A stretch of DNA of 64,000 nucleotides from Verrucomicrobia bacterium UBA6176 (GTDB lineage Bacteria; Verrucomicrobiota; Verrucomicrobiia; Limisphaerales; UBA9464): contig DITU01000007.1 in assembly GCA_002422905.1 (NCBI GenBank), positions 16,076 to 80,075 on the forward strand. The letters run 5' to 3'. Below, piece by piece: positions 20,459 through 31,100 of the stretch. Position 1 is the stretch's first letter; every line of letters starts with the position of its first letter. A program made the position numbers and the translations under genes. The notes under the pieces are model-generated. The model saw only the letters and a list, made by a program, of their open reading frames with translations. It ran no database searches and had not been told where the DNA came from.

Positions 20459-21628
20459 ATGATGAGCCCTTCTCCCGAAAAAATCGCGTGGATCTCCTGT
20501 GTCGGTGAAAAGGGGGGTGCGGAAACCCTCATGATCGAGTGTCTCCGGGAACTGGATCGCTCCCGGTTCACCCCGGAGGTCATCCAACTCCGCCCAGGCC
20601 CCCTCACCGCCCTCCTCGAATCCATCGGGGTCCGCGTCCATGTCCTCGAAAAACATCGCGTCCGCGAAATCCACAAGGTGGCGTCAACCATCGGATCCAT
20701 CCGCCGCCTGGTGCGCAACCGCGGGATCCGCCTCCTCCACAGCAACGGATTCCGGGCCCACCTCTACGGCGGCACCGCCGCGGCCCTGGCCGGGATCGCC
20801 GAGGTGTGGACCACCCACACCGTGGAGCAGGAGGGGCTTTCAACCCGCGCCATCCTCTCGATCCCGACCGATCACGTCCTGGCGAACTGTCCACGGACCC
20901 GGGATTACTTCCTCCGGCAAGGTGAACCCACCAGCCTGGTGTGGCCCGGGGTCAACGCGAAGATGCTGGAAACCCTGGCTCGCGAAGCTCCACGCGAACT
21001 GTTGTCGAAGGCCTATGGCATCCCGGGAAACCGGCGCTGGATCACCGTTGGCGCACGGTTGCAGCGATTCAAGGGCCAGGACCAGTTCCTCAAGGCATTG
21101 GGCTCGGTGATCCATGCGGGGGGAGCCCGGGACATCCATGGCATCGTGGTGGGCGGATCGCTGTTTGGGCAGGAAACAGACTACCAGCGGGAGCTCCGGG
21201 AATTGGCCCGGGACCTGGGCATCCAGGATCAGGTGACCTTCACCGGGTTTGTTCCCGATGCCCACCTGGCGGGATTGTTGGCGGCCAGTGCGCTGGTGGC
21301 GCATCCGGCCATGGAAGAGGATTTCGGCCTGACCGTGGCCGAAGCACAGGCTCTGGGCATCCCGGTGGTGGCCTATGCCGCGGTGGGTCCGGCGGAAATC
21401 ATCCAACACGGCGAGACCGGTTGGCTGGTTCCAGTGGGGGATATCTCCGGACTGGGTACGGCCTTGCACCAGGCCTTGGGTGCGGGGGATGCTCTGGCAA
21501 CGATGGGAAGACGGGGACGCCAACGGACGCTGGGGGAATTCGGTGCGGACCATCATGCCCGACTGACCGAAGCCATCTATCGGCAGGCGCTGGACCGGCT
21601 TGGTTCGGCGCAAGTTGAACGGACCTGA
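20459..21628 (+). CDS. Glycosyltransferase family 4 (GT-B fold)
   Basis: 389 aa. C-terminal EEDFGLTVAEAQALGIPVVA...GETGWLV is an E-x7-E type motif. Confidence 0.85.
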   Translation: MMSPSPEKIAWISCVGEKGGAETLMIECLRELDRSRFTPEVIQLRPGPLTALLESIGVRVHVLEKHRVREIHKVASTIGSIRRLVRNRGIRLLHSNGFRAHLYGGTAAALAGIAEVWTTHTVEQEGLSTRAILSIPTDHVLANCPRTRDYFLRQGEPTSLVWPGVNAKMLETLAREAPRELLSKAYGIPGNRRWITVGARLQRFKGQDQFLKALGSVIHAGGARDIHGIVVGGSLFGQETDYQRELRELARDLGIQDQVTFTGFVPDAHLAGLLAASALVAHPAMEEDFGLTVAEAQALGIPVVAYAAVGPAEIIQHGETGWLVPVGDISGLGTALHQALGAGDALATMGRRGRQRTLGEFGADHHARLTEAIYRQALDRLGSAQVERT

Positions 21629-21631
21629 CCC

Positions 21632-23293
21632 ATGCCCGCCGCCGCACCCACCCTCGCACTGCCCACCCCGGAACAGAACCGGCGCAAGGGCATGGTGGGC
21701 CGGATCCTCTCGCTGCTCTACAGCCTCCTGCAGGGCAATGTCATCGCCAACCTCCTGTTCGGCATCGCCCTGGTCATCGGCTTCCTGCACGGATGGCTCA
21801 AGCTGACCTATCCCTACGCCTGGATGACCTTCGCGTATGACATCCCGATGATCATCGCGATGGTGATCGTGATGCTGCGGTTGCCGAAGAACGTGCCGTG
21901 GTTTCCGGACTGCCAGATCGGCACCGCCATCAAGCTGCTCGTCGGCTGTTGCGTCCTTTATGTCCTGCTGCCGTTCGGAGTGCCCTGGCTGCTGCGCATC
22001 GCCTCGTTGCGCGGTTGGTGTCTTCCCCCGCTGATGATGCTGCTCGGGTATCACGTGATCCGAAGCGTGCGTCAGATGGAAATCTTCGTATGGCTGGTGA
22101 TCCTGCTCGGGGTCGGCACAGCCATCTACGGGATCTGGTTCCAGTCCGAGGAACAGATACGGGCCATGATGCTCCTGGATCCATCCATGGAAGCCAAGTT
22201 GATCGGCAATTTCTATACGACCTCCCAGGGTGCCGGCTTCCGCAGGTTCTCCACGTTTGTGTCCGCTGCAGTGTTCGGTTCCACCATGGCCATCTGCACC
22301 GTCTTCGCCGTCACCCGCCTCCTTCTGCCCGGCGTGTCCATGCTCGAACGGGCCATCCTCCTCCCCGCCTCCGCCGTTTGCAGCTACGCCGTCATCTCCA
22401 GCGGATCCCGTACCTCCCTCGTCCTCCTCGCCCTCGGCATCGGTGTCGTCACCATCTTCCGCAAGGGCATGTTCCGCATCCTCATCATCCCCGCCATCCT
22501 CGTCGTCGTCGCCCTCGTCGCCATCCGCGCCACCGATGGCATCGCCGGTGAACGCTTCCTGTCCCTGCTCGACTACGACACCGTCGCTGGTCGCGTCCGC
22601 ATCGTGGTGGCTCCGGCCATGGATTTCATGCTGAACTACCCGTTTGGTGGAGGGGTGGGTCGCGCCGGTCACGGTGTTCCAGGCATCTTCCTGACCGCAT
22701 CCCGCGGTTTCGAGGGACGGACGACGGACGGTGACATCGGCCGGGTGGTGGCGGACATGGGCCTCCTCGGTCTCGCCGTCTACACCATGATGCTCTACGC
22801 GGGGACGAGTGATTCGATCCGCTGGATGTGGAAGCTCCGGGAATCGAACCTGAGCGCGATTGCGGCTCCTGCCGGAGCATTGTTCCTGCTGGGGTTGGCC
22901 CAGGTCACCACCGGTTCACCCTACCTCGGCATCCCGTCCGGCACCCTTCTCTGGCTCCTGTTCGGCGGCCTGCGCCGCATGGTGGAGGAATACGACCGCC
23001 TGGCCGCCACCGAAGGTGAGTCGGTCGAAGACCTGCCCCAGTTCGTGTCGTTCGTCCGACGCGAACGCATGGCCAGCCTGTACGCACACGCCGTCAAGAA
23101 GGCCGTTGAGCCCAAGGGCGGCGCCCGACCGGTTCGCTGGCTTTCCTCCTCGCTGCGCGGCAGATCCAACTTCACGTCCAAATCCGCCGCCGGAACCGCA
23201 TCCGCCACCGCCTCCTCCAGCGGAGCCGAACTACCCCGCTCCAAGCCGCGTTTCCTCTTCCGACGTGACTCCACCAAGAAACCCGGTGCCTGA
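21632..23293 (+). CDS. O-antigen ligase / polymerase-like polytopic membrane protein
   Basis: 553 aa with more than 10 hydrophobic segments and a large loop, sited directly after a glycosyltransferase. Family assignment is by architecture only. Confidence 0.55.
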   Translation: MPAAAPTLALPTPEQNRRKGMVGRILSLLYSLLQGNVIANLLFGIALVIGFLHGWLKLTYPYAWMTFAYDIPMIIAMVIVMLRLPKNVPWFPDCQIGTAIKLLVGCCVLYVLLPFGVPWLLRIASLRGWCLPPLMMLLGYHVIRSVRQMEIFVWLVILLGVGTAIYGIWFQSEEQIRAMMLLDPSMEAKLIGNFYTTSQGAGFRRFSTFVSAAVFGSTMAICTVFAVTRLLLPGVSMLERAILLPASAVCSYAVISSGSRTSLVLLALGIGVVTIFRKGMFRILIIPAILVVVALVAIRATDGIAGERFLSLLDYDTVAGRVRIVVAPAMDFMLNYPFGGGVGRAGHGVPGIFLTASRGFEGRTTDGDIGRVVADMGLLGLAVYTMMLYAGTSDSIRWMWKLRESNLSAIAAPAGALFLLGLAQVTTGSPYLGIPSGTLLWLLFGGLRRMVEEYDRLAATEGESVEDLPQFVSFVRRERMASLYAHAVKKAVEPKGGARPVRWLSSSLRGRSNFTSKSAAGTASATASSSGAELPRSKPRFLFRRDSTKKPGA

Positions 23294-23297
23294 TCCC

Positions 23298-24227
23298 ATG
23301 GATTCCCAGCCCCCGACCGGTTCCCCGGAGCGGCGTCGCCGGATCCCGCGCTCCTTCAAGGAACTGACGCCGTCCAACCATTTCAATCCGGCGAGCTTCT
23401 TCCATGAAATGGTCTGGAAAGCCTTCCTTACCCGCCGCACCGGTTCGACCAAGAAGCCCACGTTCCCGGACCTGCACGATGCCGACCTGGCCCTGACCTG
23501 GATCGGACACGCTTCCTTCCTCATCCAGTTCGCCGGACTCAACGTCCTGATCGATCCCAACTTCGCCAACTGGCTTTTTCTCCTCAAACGCCTGCGCCGA
23601 CCCGGACTCCATCTCGAAGACCTTCCCCCCATCGATCTGGTCCTGCTCACCCACGCCCACTTCGATCACTTCCACAAACCCACCCTGCGGCGCATTCCCG
23701 CCCCCAAGATCGGCATCATGCCCTGGGGCTGCGGCAACCTCGCCAAACACCTCGGCTTCGGCCGGATCGTCGAGTTGCGTTGGTGGGAATCGTTCAGCAC
23801 CGACGACTGGAAAGTCACCCTCGTCCCCGCCCGACACTGGGGCGCCCGGACCCTTCGCGATGAACATCGCGGCTACGGCGGATTCATCCTCGAACACCGT
23901 GGCCGCCGTCTCTATCACGCCGGTGATTCCGCCTACTTCGACGGCTTCATCGAGATCGGCCGGCGGCACGATCCGGAAATCGCCCTGCTCCCGATCGGCG
24001 CCTATTTCCCCGATTCCTTCCGCCGGGTCCACATGGGGCCGGACGAAGCACTCCGGGCATTTGGCGACCTCGGTTCGCGATGGTTCGTCCCCATGCATTT
24101 CGGGACGTTCAAACTGAGCTTTGAAGCCATGGAAGAACCGGCCCGCTGGCTCGGTGACCTTGCCCGGGAACAAGGCGTGGCCGAGCGCATCCGACTGTTG
24201 GAAGAAGGCATCCCCACCCGGTTCTAG
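23298..24227 (+). CDS. MBL-fold metallo-hydrolase
   Basis: LTWIGHASFLIQ...LLTHAHFDHF contains the H-x-H-x-D-H motif. Start set at MDSQPP; the upstream 146 aa of tracked ORF 22860 overlap the previous gene out of frame. Confidence 0.8.
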   Translation: MDSQPPTGSPERRRRIPRSFKELTPSNHFNPASFFHEMVWKAFLTRRTGSTKKPTFPDLHDADLALTWIGHASFLIQFAGLNVLIDPNFANWLFLLKRLRRPGLHLEDLPPIDLVLLTHAHFDHFHKPTLRRIPAPKIGIMPWGCGNLAKHLGFGRIVELRWWESFSTDDWKVTLVPARHWGARTLRDEHRGYGGFILEHRGRRLYHAGDSAYFDGFIEIGRRHDPEIALLPIGAYFPDSFRRVHMGPDEALRAFGDLGSRWFVPMHFGTFKLSFEAMEEPARWLGDLAREQGVAERIRLLEEGIPTRF

Positions 24228-24286
24228 GAATTTCCCAAGCCTGACCCCCAACCCGTTGACGGGAAGGGTTTCGTGCTCCGAAAACG

Positions 24287-25933
24287 TCAGCGGTTCCCAC
24301 GAAACTCCACCGCGCGTTCACGCGGGGTCAGCGACGGCAGGAACCGGAAGATGCCCCGGCGTCGCGACTTGGCGGAAAGCTCCTCGATTCGCGCCTGCAT
24401 CGCCTCCCGTTCCTGCTCCAACTGCCGCAACTGCTGTTCCAACGCCTCGACCACCTCCTGATCGGCTTCGCTCATCTCGCGGAAGGCATCCAGGGTCTCG
24501 GCCAGGCGCCGTTCCAATTGCTCCTTCTCCATCTCCAACCGGGTGCGCAACGCATTCTCCTGCGCCAATCCCGTCTGCAATTCGCTCTCACGCAGCATCG
24601 ATTCCCGCATGGTCTCCTGCAACCGCGCCACCTCCACCCGGGACGCCATCAATTGCACCTCCACCTCGGGCAATGGCGTCGCCGTCGGATCCGCCGAAAC
24701 GGACAGGATCTTCAACCGCTCCTCCGCCGCCCTGAGTTGCGCGTCCGCTTCCGCCCGACCCGCCCGCTCCGCCGCCAACGCCGACTCCAGCATCTTCAAC
24801 GCTTCCCCATCCGCCTCCGTCCGGGCCGTCAATTGCGCCACCCGGATCTCCAATCCCCGATACCCTTCCTCCATCGCCGCCCGCGCCTTCTTCTCCTCCA
24901 CCAACGCCGCCGCCAGTTCATCGGTCCGCAACACACTCCGCTCGGTCTCGGCCCGTGCCACCGCCAGTTCCGTCTCCAGGTTCGCAATCCTCAGGATCCC
25001 CTCCTCCGTCTGACGCGCCCGCAAATCGTCCACCTGCTTTTCCAGCGCCACCTTCTCCGCCTTCAACACCTCGTTGTCCTTCCGCATCGAATCGAAGTCC
25101 GATTGCAACCGACTCAGGCGCCCCGACAGATCGGCCACCTGCCGACCCCGATCGGTCCGGGCAGCCAGGTCATTGACCTGCTGACGCAACGCCTGGTTCT
25201 CGGTCTGCACGGGTTGGATCGATTCCGACTGGAGTTTCTGGAGTCGGGCTTCGATGTCCTCGCGTTCCTTCTGCATACGACTGGCGGCGCGGGTTTGTTC
25301 CTCCAGGGCCTTGCGGGTCTCGGCCAACGCCTTGTTCGCCTCATCGGCCACCACCTTGTCCACCAGGTTCCTCCGCTCGGCCTGTTGCCGCTCCAATTGA
25401 CCCATCAACACCTGGTTCGTGGATTGCAACGCCGTGATCCGTTGCACGGCCGCCTGCAATTCCCGCGGGTCGACCGGAGCCGGTTGCGCCGTCAACGCCT
25501 CCCGCAACCTCGCCTCCAGCAATTGCTTCTCCGCCGCCATCCGCTGGATCTGGACGTTCAACTCGTTGAACTGGGTCAACACCTCGCCCGATGGCGCCAC
25601 CACCGTCGCCGGCGCATTCGTCGTTCCCGCCGGTCCCGTCACCACCACCGGACCCAGCTTCTCACGCGCCGCCTTCAACCCCGCCAACTTCTCCCCCACG
25701 TACCGCAGCCGATAACTGATCACCCGCTCGTTCCAGTTCGGAAAACCCCGCTGGATCTGCCGTAGCCCAGCCTGCGCCTCCTCGAACAACAACCCCGCCT
25801 TGCGCGCATCCGAAGTCTGTTCCGCCTGCTGGATCAGGTTGTACACCACGATGAACTGGTCGTCCGGACCCGCCGCCCGGATCACCGTCATCCAGGTCAT
25901 CAACCCGAATACCAAAAATAGGAGCCGCCGCAT
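24287..25933 (-). CDS. Secreted long coiled-coil protein, function unknown
   Basis: 548 aa. Signal peptide MRRLLFLVFGLMTWMTVIRAAG, then a continuous heptad-like E/Q/R/L/A-rich sequence for more than 400 aa. Confidence 0.7.
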   Translation of the reverse strand: MRRLLFLVFGLMTWMTVIRAAGPDDQFIVVYNLIQQAEQTSDARKAGLLFEEAQAGLRQIQRGFPNWNERVISYRLRYVGEKLAGLKAAREKLGPVVVTGPAGTTNAPATVVAPSGEVLTQFNELNVQIQRMAAEKQLLEARLREALTAQPAPVDPRELQAAVQRITALQSTNQVLMGQLERQQAERRNLVDKVVADEANKALAETRKALEEQTRAASRMQKEREDIEARLQKLQSESIQPVQTENQALRQQVNDLAARTDRGRQVADLSGRLSRLQSDFDSMRKDNEVLKAEKVALEKQVDDLRARQTEEGILRIANLETELAVARAETERSVLRTDELAAALVEEKKARAAMEEGYRGLEIRVAQLTARTEADGEALKMLESALAAERAGRAEADAQLRAAEERLKILSVSADPTATPLPEVEVQLMASRVEVARLQETMRESMLRESELQTGLAQENALRTRLEMEKEQLERRLAETLDAFREMSEADQEVVEALEQQLRQLEQEREAMQARIEELSAKSRRRGIFRFLPSLTPRERAVEFRGNR

Positions 25934-25955
25934 GACCCGACCCTATACGCAACGC

Positions 25956-27251
25956 CTACTCCCGGCTCAAGACCCGGAAAAAACGAACTCCGGGCGCCAC
26001 CGGCGGCACCCGCGGATCTTCCTCCACCCATTCCGCCACTCCCACCTCCGGAAACGTCAGCTTCCCCAACGCCCCTTCCCATCCCTTCAGATCCCCGCTC
26101 GTCTCCACTTCATACCGGCGTCCCGGAGCCGTCCCGAACCGGAAACTCACCCCTCCCACCTCTTCCTTGAAATCCCGGATCACCAACACGCTCGCCAGCG
26201 ATCTCGGATTCGTCCCCGCCCGCCACTCCCGCAGGTTCGACTCGCCGTCCAGGTCCGAATCAATCCCCGGCTCCGCCCCCAGGTTCCCGAAGTAAAAGCG
26301 TTCCCAATCGTCCGGCATGCCGTCTTCGTCCGTGTCGTCATCCCCCACCGCCATCCCTTCCAGTTCGAGCTTCGGCGCCGTCCCCAGCAAGGTCTCCCGC
26401 AGGTAAAACAGCGGATATGCCCCCACCCCGCCAAACCCGCTCTGCGCGGCCGGATGCAGCGACGTCACAAAGAACCGCAACCGGCCCTCCGCCAATCCCG
26501 CCTGCACGTAACCCGCCACCAACGGATCCTCCAGATCCACATCGAAATGCATCGGCGTCCCTTCCAGCACCGGCGACCCAGGTGCCAACCCCTCCACCTG
26601 CCCCACCGCCCAGGGCCGGATCTCGAACACTTCCCCGGTGAACTCCGAATTCGTCTGGCCCACGTTGTTGCTGATGTCCATCAACGCCCCATCCAACCCA
26701 TGCACCGCCGCATGCGCATTCCTTGTCCCGATCGAGATGTTGCTTCCCGAAATCGGCCCCAACGGGCCATACGGTGAATTCTCCAGGAATGTCGCCGCCG
26801 TAAACCCACCCCGGAATCCTGCCCCCGCCAATTCCACCGGCCGCCCCAGATCCTCGTCCGCCACATACCCCGGCTGGTTCGTCGCATACGTCCACACCGC
26901 ATCATGCGTCGGGTCGTACTCAAACGACCCGTCCGAAGCCACCGTCAGCGTCAGCCGCAACCGCTTCAGCAGATAACGCGATGGCGGCAGGTTCGTCGGC
27001 ACCAACCCCGCCGTATCCCATCCCAACAACAACTGCCCATCCCGGGTGTCGAATCGCGGATCAAACGATCCAAACGTGAACCCCAACGGTCGCGTTCCGC
27101 CGTCAAACGTGAACGGATACATCTGCCGATCCATCGTCGGCTGCCCCGGCCGCAGATTGAATTCGGCCGACTTCACCCCCCCGATCCCACCCAGGGTCAC
27201 CAGAAAAAGGAGCCGGGCAATGGCCCGGCCCGTTCGAAAGGACAGTCGCAT
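25956..27251 (-). CDS. Secreted hypothetical protein with an acidic Ca-binding-like stretch and a C-terminal W...RFFRV module
   Basis: Start set at MRLSFRTGRAIARLLFLVTLGG. Contains GDDDTDEDGMPDDWERFYFGN...DSDLDGESNLREW and the C-terminus RRYEVETSGDLKGW...GVRFFRVLSRE. Confidence 0.7.
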   Translation of the reverse strand: MRLSFRTGRAIARLLFLVTLGGIGGVKSAEFNLRPGQPTMDRQMYPFTFDGGTRPLGFTFGSFDPRFDTRDGQLLLGWDTAGLVPTNLPPSRYLLKRLRLTLTVASDGSFEYDPTHDAVWTYATNQPGYVADEDLGRPVELAGAGFRGGFTAATFLENSPYGPLGPISGSNISIGTRNAHAAVHGLDGALMDISNNVGQTNSEFTGEVFEIRPWAVGQVEGLAPGSPVLEGTPMHFDVDLEDPLVAGYVQAGLAEGRLRFFVTSLHPAAQSGFGGVGAYPLFYLRETLLGTAPKLELEGMAVGDDDTDEDGMPDDWERFYFGNLGAEPGIDSDLDGESNLREWRAGTNPRSLASVLVIRDFKEEVGGVSFRFGTAPGRRYEVETSGDLKGWEGALGKLTFPEVGVAEWVEEDPRVPPVAPGVRFFRVLSRE

Positions 27252-27271
27252 GGAAGGCACCCTGCCCGATT

Positions 27272-27964
27272 TCACCGCCGCCGCCAACCCACTGCCAGCA
27301 GGCCCATCGCGCCCAACCCCAGCAACGCCCACGTGCCCGGCTCAGGAATCGCCTCCACCTGCGTCTTCGACAACACATCGAATGTCACCGCATCCAGGCT
27401 CAACGACTCGGCACCGGCCTTGAACTCGATGGTGAACGAGTCCACATCCAATCCCGATACGTCCCAACCCCATGCCGACGACACCAAGGCCCCGCCGCCG
27501 GGACCCGCCGGACCCAGCGTCAGGCGATAAAGCTCCGAACGGTTGGCCGTGAGGAATCCGGGTTCGGCCCCGGTCTCGTACCGGAGTTGGACGGATCCAT
27601 AATCCAGCTCCAGCCCAGCCGTATGGATCTGCAAAGCCACCCAACCCGCCGCCTCAGTCCCGGTGTAACGGAGCTCGAACTCGCTGAGATGGGCAATGTT
27701 GTAGAGGTTGCCCGAAGAAGGAATGACGAAGGCGTTTGGCTGGAACTGGAGGATCCGCGCGTCGGCATTCGACCCCGGCAGATCCGGGAGGTTCCCCACC
27801 CCGTTGTTGGTCGCCACGGTAAACCGTTCCCATCCGGCGTACTCGCTTCCTGCCTCCCCCCGGTAGAACGGGACGAAGAACTCATTGGTCGCCGCCGGGA
27901 CGGACACCATACCGACACCCGCCAGCACAAAGGCCGCGGACCATTTGTTGAAACTGCGCTTCAT
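27272..27964 (-). CDS. PEP-CTERM sorting-domain protein
   Basis: Signal peptide (MKRSFNKWSAAFVLAGVGMVSVPA) and C-terminus IPEPGTWALLGLGAMGLLAVGWRRR, i.e. PEP, then a TM helix, then a basic tail. Confidence 0.8.
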   Translation of the reverse strand: MKRSFNKWSAAFVLAGVGMVSVPAATNEFFVPFYRGEAGSEYAGWERFTVATNNGVGNLPDLPGSNADARILQFQPNAFVIPSSGNLYNIAHLSEFELRYTGTEAAGWVALQIHTAGLELDYGSVQLRYETGAEPGFLTANRSELYRLTLGPAGPGGGALVSSAWGWDVSGLDVDSFTIEFKAGAESLSLDAVTFDVLSKTQVEAIPEPGTWALLGLGAMGLLAVGWRRR

Positions 27965-28133
27965 TGCCCGACCAGATTGGCATGAGCCGGATTTCTTGCA
28001 CGCCCGACCTTGGCAATTCCTTGGAGTGCGTTGCAGCCACACCCGCGGAGCGGCGACGTTCGGTCGCCGTCCTTATCGCCCGCCGTCCGCATTGTCTCCC
28101 CGACCGCATTCCCCCCATCCTCAACCCATTCTC

Positions 28134-31100
28134 ATGCGCTCCCACCTCGCCACCCTTCGCCTGCTGTTGGCTCTCGTCTGCGGCTCGGCCTGCCTCGCTC
28201 CCCTCCAGGCCGCACTCCCCGCCACCGGCAATCTCGCCCTCTCCAATCTCGTCGCCTGGTGCATCGTCCCCTTCGACTCGAAAAAGCGCGGCCCCGAAGA
28301 ACGCGCCGCCCTGCTCGAATCCCTCGGCATCCGACGCCTCGCCTACGACTGGCGCGCGGAACACATCCCCACCTTCGACGCCGAAGTCCGAGCCCTGCGC
28401 AAACGCAACATCGACCTGTTCGCCTGGTGGTTCCCCGCCGCCCTCAACGACGAGGCCCGCGCCATCCTCGCCTGCATCGAACGACACCGCATCCATCCCC
28501 AGCTCTGGATCACCCTCGGCACCGAACCCGAACCCGATCCCACCCGGCTCCAGGCAAAGATCCGTCAGACTGCCGATTCCCTCGCCCCCCTCTGCCAGGC
28601 CGCCGCCCGACTGGGCTGCACCGTCGGTCTCTACAACCATCTCGGATGGTTCGGTGAACCCGCCAATCAGGTCGCCGTCCTCGATCTCCTCCGTGCCGCC
28701 GGCCACACCAACGCCGGTTGCATCTACAACTTCCATCACGGCCACGCCCACATCGACACCTTCGCCTCCCACTTCAAGACCCTTCAACCCCACCTCATCG
28801 CCCTCAACCTCAATGGCATGGTCTGGAACGGCGATCAGACCGGCAAAAAGATCATTCCCCTCGGTACCGGCGACGAAGAACTGAACCTCCTCCGAATCGT
28901 CCACGCCAGCGGCTGGAAAGGTCCCGTCGGCATCATCGGTCACACCGACGAGGATGCCGGCCTCAAACTCCGCAAGGAACTCGACGGTCTCGCCCGACTC
29001 GCTCCCCTCGCCACCGATCCACCCCAACCCCCGCGCCCACGTCCCGCTCCAACTCCCGCGCCCACTCCCCCCGCCGCCTCCCTGCTTCCTTCACCCGCCA
29101 CCGCCACCGTTCCCGGCCGATTCAACTCGGCCCTCGATGCCCGGGTTGAAGGCCTCCTTCTCGATGGACTCCCCGGCTTCCGCAACCCGCCCCTCACCGT
29201 CGAAGCCTGGGTGCGCCTAGCCGATCCTTCCTCCTTCAACATCATCGCCGCTTCCGAAGCCAAGTCCTCGCCCACCCACTGGGAACTGTATTCCTACGCC
29301 GGTTCCGGCGAACTCAGTCTCTATTCCCCCAGCGCTTCCCCCGCCGAGATCCGCTCCGGCGTCCCCCTCTGCGACGGCCAATGGCATCACGTCGCCGCCC
29401 ACCTCGCTCCCGACCAGGTCCGACTCTTCATTGACGGCCGCCCCGTCGTCACCCAGGCCGTGCGTCGCACCAGCCTGCCTGACACCTCTCCAGCCCAGTT
29501 CGCCATCGGTCGCCTGGTCGAGGGTGGTCTCGGATGCAATGGCTGGATCGACGAAGTCCGGATCAGTCGCGGTCTCCGTCCCATCAACGGCCTCCCCTCC
29601 AGCCCGGTTCATGCCGATGAATCCAGTCTCGCCCACTGGAACCTCGACTCCTTCCCAGCCCTCGCCGCCACCACCGCGCCCGCTGTCGGTGGCCTTCGCA
29701 ACCCGCCCGCGCCCGCCCGCGCCCCCGGTGAACCTCCTTCGTCCGGACGCGAACCCGGCTCCCAGGCCGAAGCCGACTGGGTCGACAACCGTTGGCAAGC
29801 CACCGATGTCGGTCCGTTCCTCGCCTCCAATCTCCGACTCTTCAACGGTTCCACCCTCGCCAAGGGCCTCAGCGTCCGCGTCGGCACCGGATCCGTCCCC
29901 GCCGCCGTCGCCTATGACACCGCCAACGGCTCCCTCCGCGCCGCCTGGACCGGCGGTTTCATCCGATTCGACCCCGCCCGATTCGGCCTGATCGGAACCC
30001 CAGCCCCCCAGGGCACCGAAGCCTTCAGCTCCTATCGTGTACCCGCTTCAAACTGGCCCGGCCACGCCTATCGCTTCGCCGGAATCCATCACGGCGCCGG
30101 CGGCGTCGTCCTCGAACATCGGGTCGATGACATCCGCGTGCTCGAACTCCCCGGCCTCCACTCCTCCCCGGCCGGAGAAATCTTCACCCGCACGTTCCAC
30201 ATCGATCCGCATCCCAAACCCATCCTCCTGCGCAGCGCCGCCCATCTGCGCGGATCCCGTCTCCGAAGCGAAAGCAGCATCGAGGACCTCACCGACGGCG
30301 TCCGAACCCAGCTCCAGTACGCCATCGCCCAGGACGATGACATCGCCTCCGCCACCGCCATCTTCGGCTCGAACGTCGAATCGGTCGAATCCCGCAGTAC
30401 CGCCGAGGGCGGCTTCAGCACCGTCCGCATCCCCGCCAACCCCCAACCCCAGATCCTCACCGTGCATCTGTGGCGCGGTCCCGCCTCCCGCGAATTCGCC
30501 TTCCGCTCCCACCTCCAACAAACTCCCCCAGCCACCAATCCACTCCACGCCATCCGCCCGATCCCGGTCGCCCCGGCCCCCGTCATCACTCGGGGTCAAC
30601 GTGGTGCCGATTCGGATTTCCTCGCCGTCGACACCCTGACGATGCCCTACGACAACCCGGCCAAGGCGCTGCTGTTTGCCGCCGGTGTCGATGTCACCCC
30701 GGACGGCGCCGTCTTCGTCTGCACCATCCATGGCGATGTCTGGAAGGTGACCGGTGTCGACGATTCACTGGGCGAACTCCGATGGCATCGGTTCGCCACC
30801 GGACTGTTTCAACCTCTCGGCCTCAAGGTCCGCAACGGCCAGGTGTTCGTCCTCGGACGCGACCGCATCACCCGCCTCCACGATCACAACGGCGATGGCC
30901 GAGCGGATTTCCTGGAGTCGTTCCATGACGGCATCCGCACCTCCACCGGCGGCCACGACTACGTCACGTCGCTGGAAAAGGACGATGCCGGGAACTTCTA
31001 CTACGTGGATCCCGCGGGGGTGCATCGGGTCGCAGCCGATGGTTCCACTTCTGAAACCATCGCCACCGGTTTCCGCAATCCCAACGGCATGGGCGTCCGC

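Noticed and set aside
27885-28133. N-terminal extensions of tracked ORFs: 27885-28133, 22860-23297, 32313-32741, 33436-33663, 49854-49994, 50383-50577, 58513-58809, 35853-36050 and 27252-27332.
   Set aside because: The extensions overlap upstream genes or run through intergenic repeat modules, and they precede obvious signal peptides or domain starts. Shorter starts were used instead.
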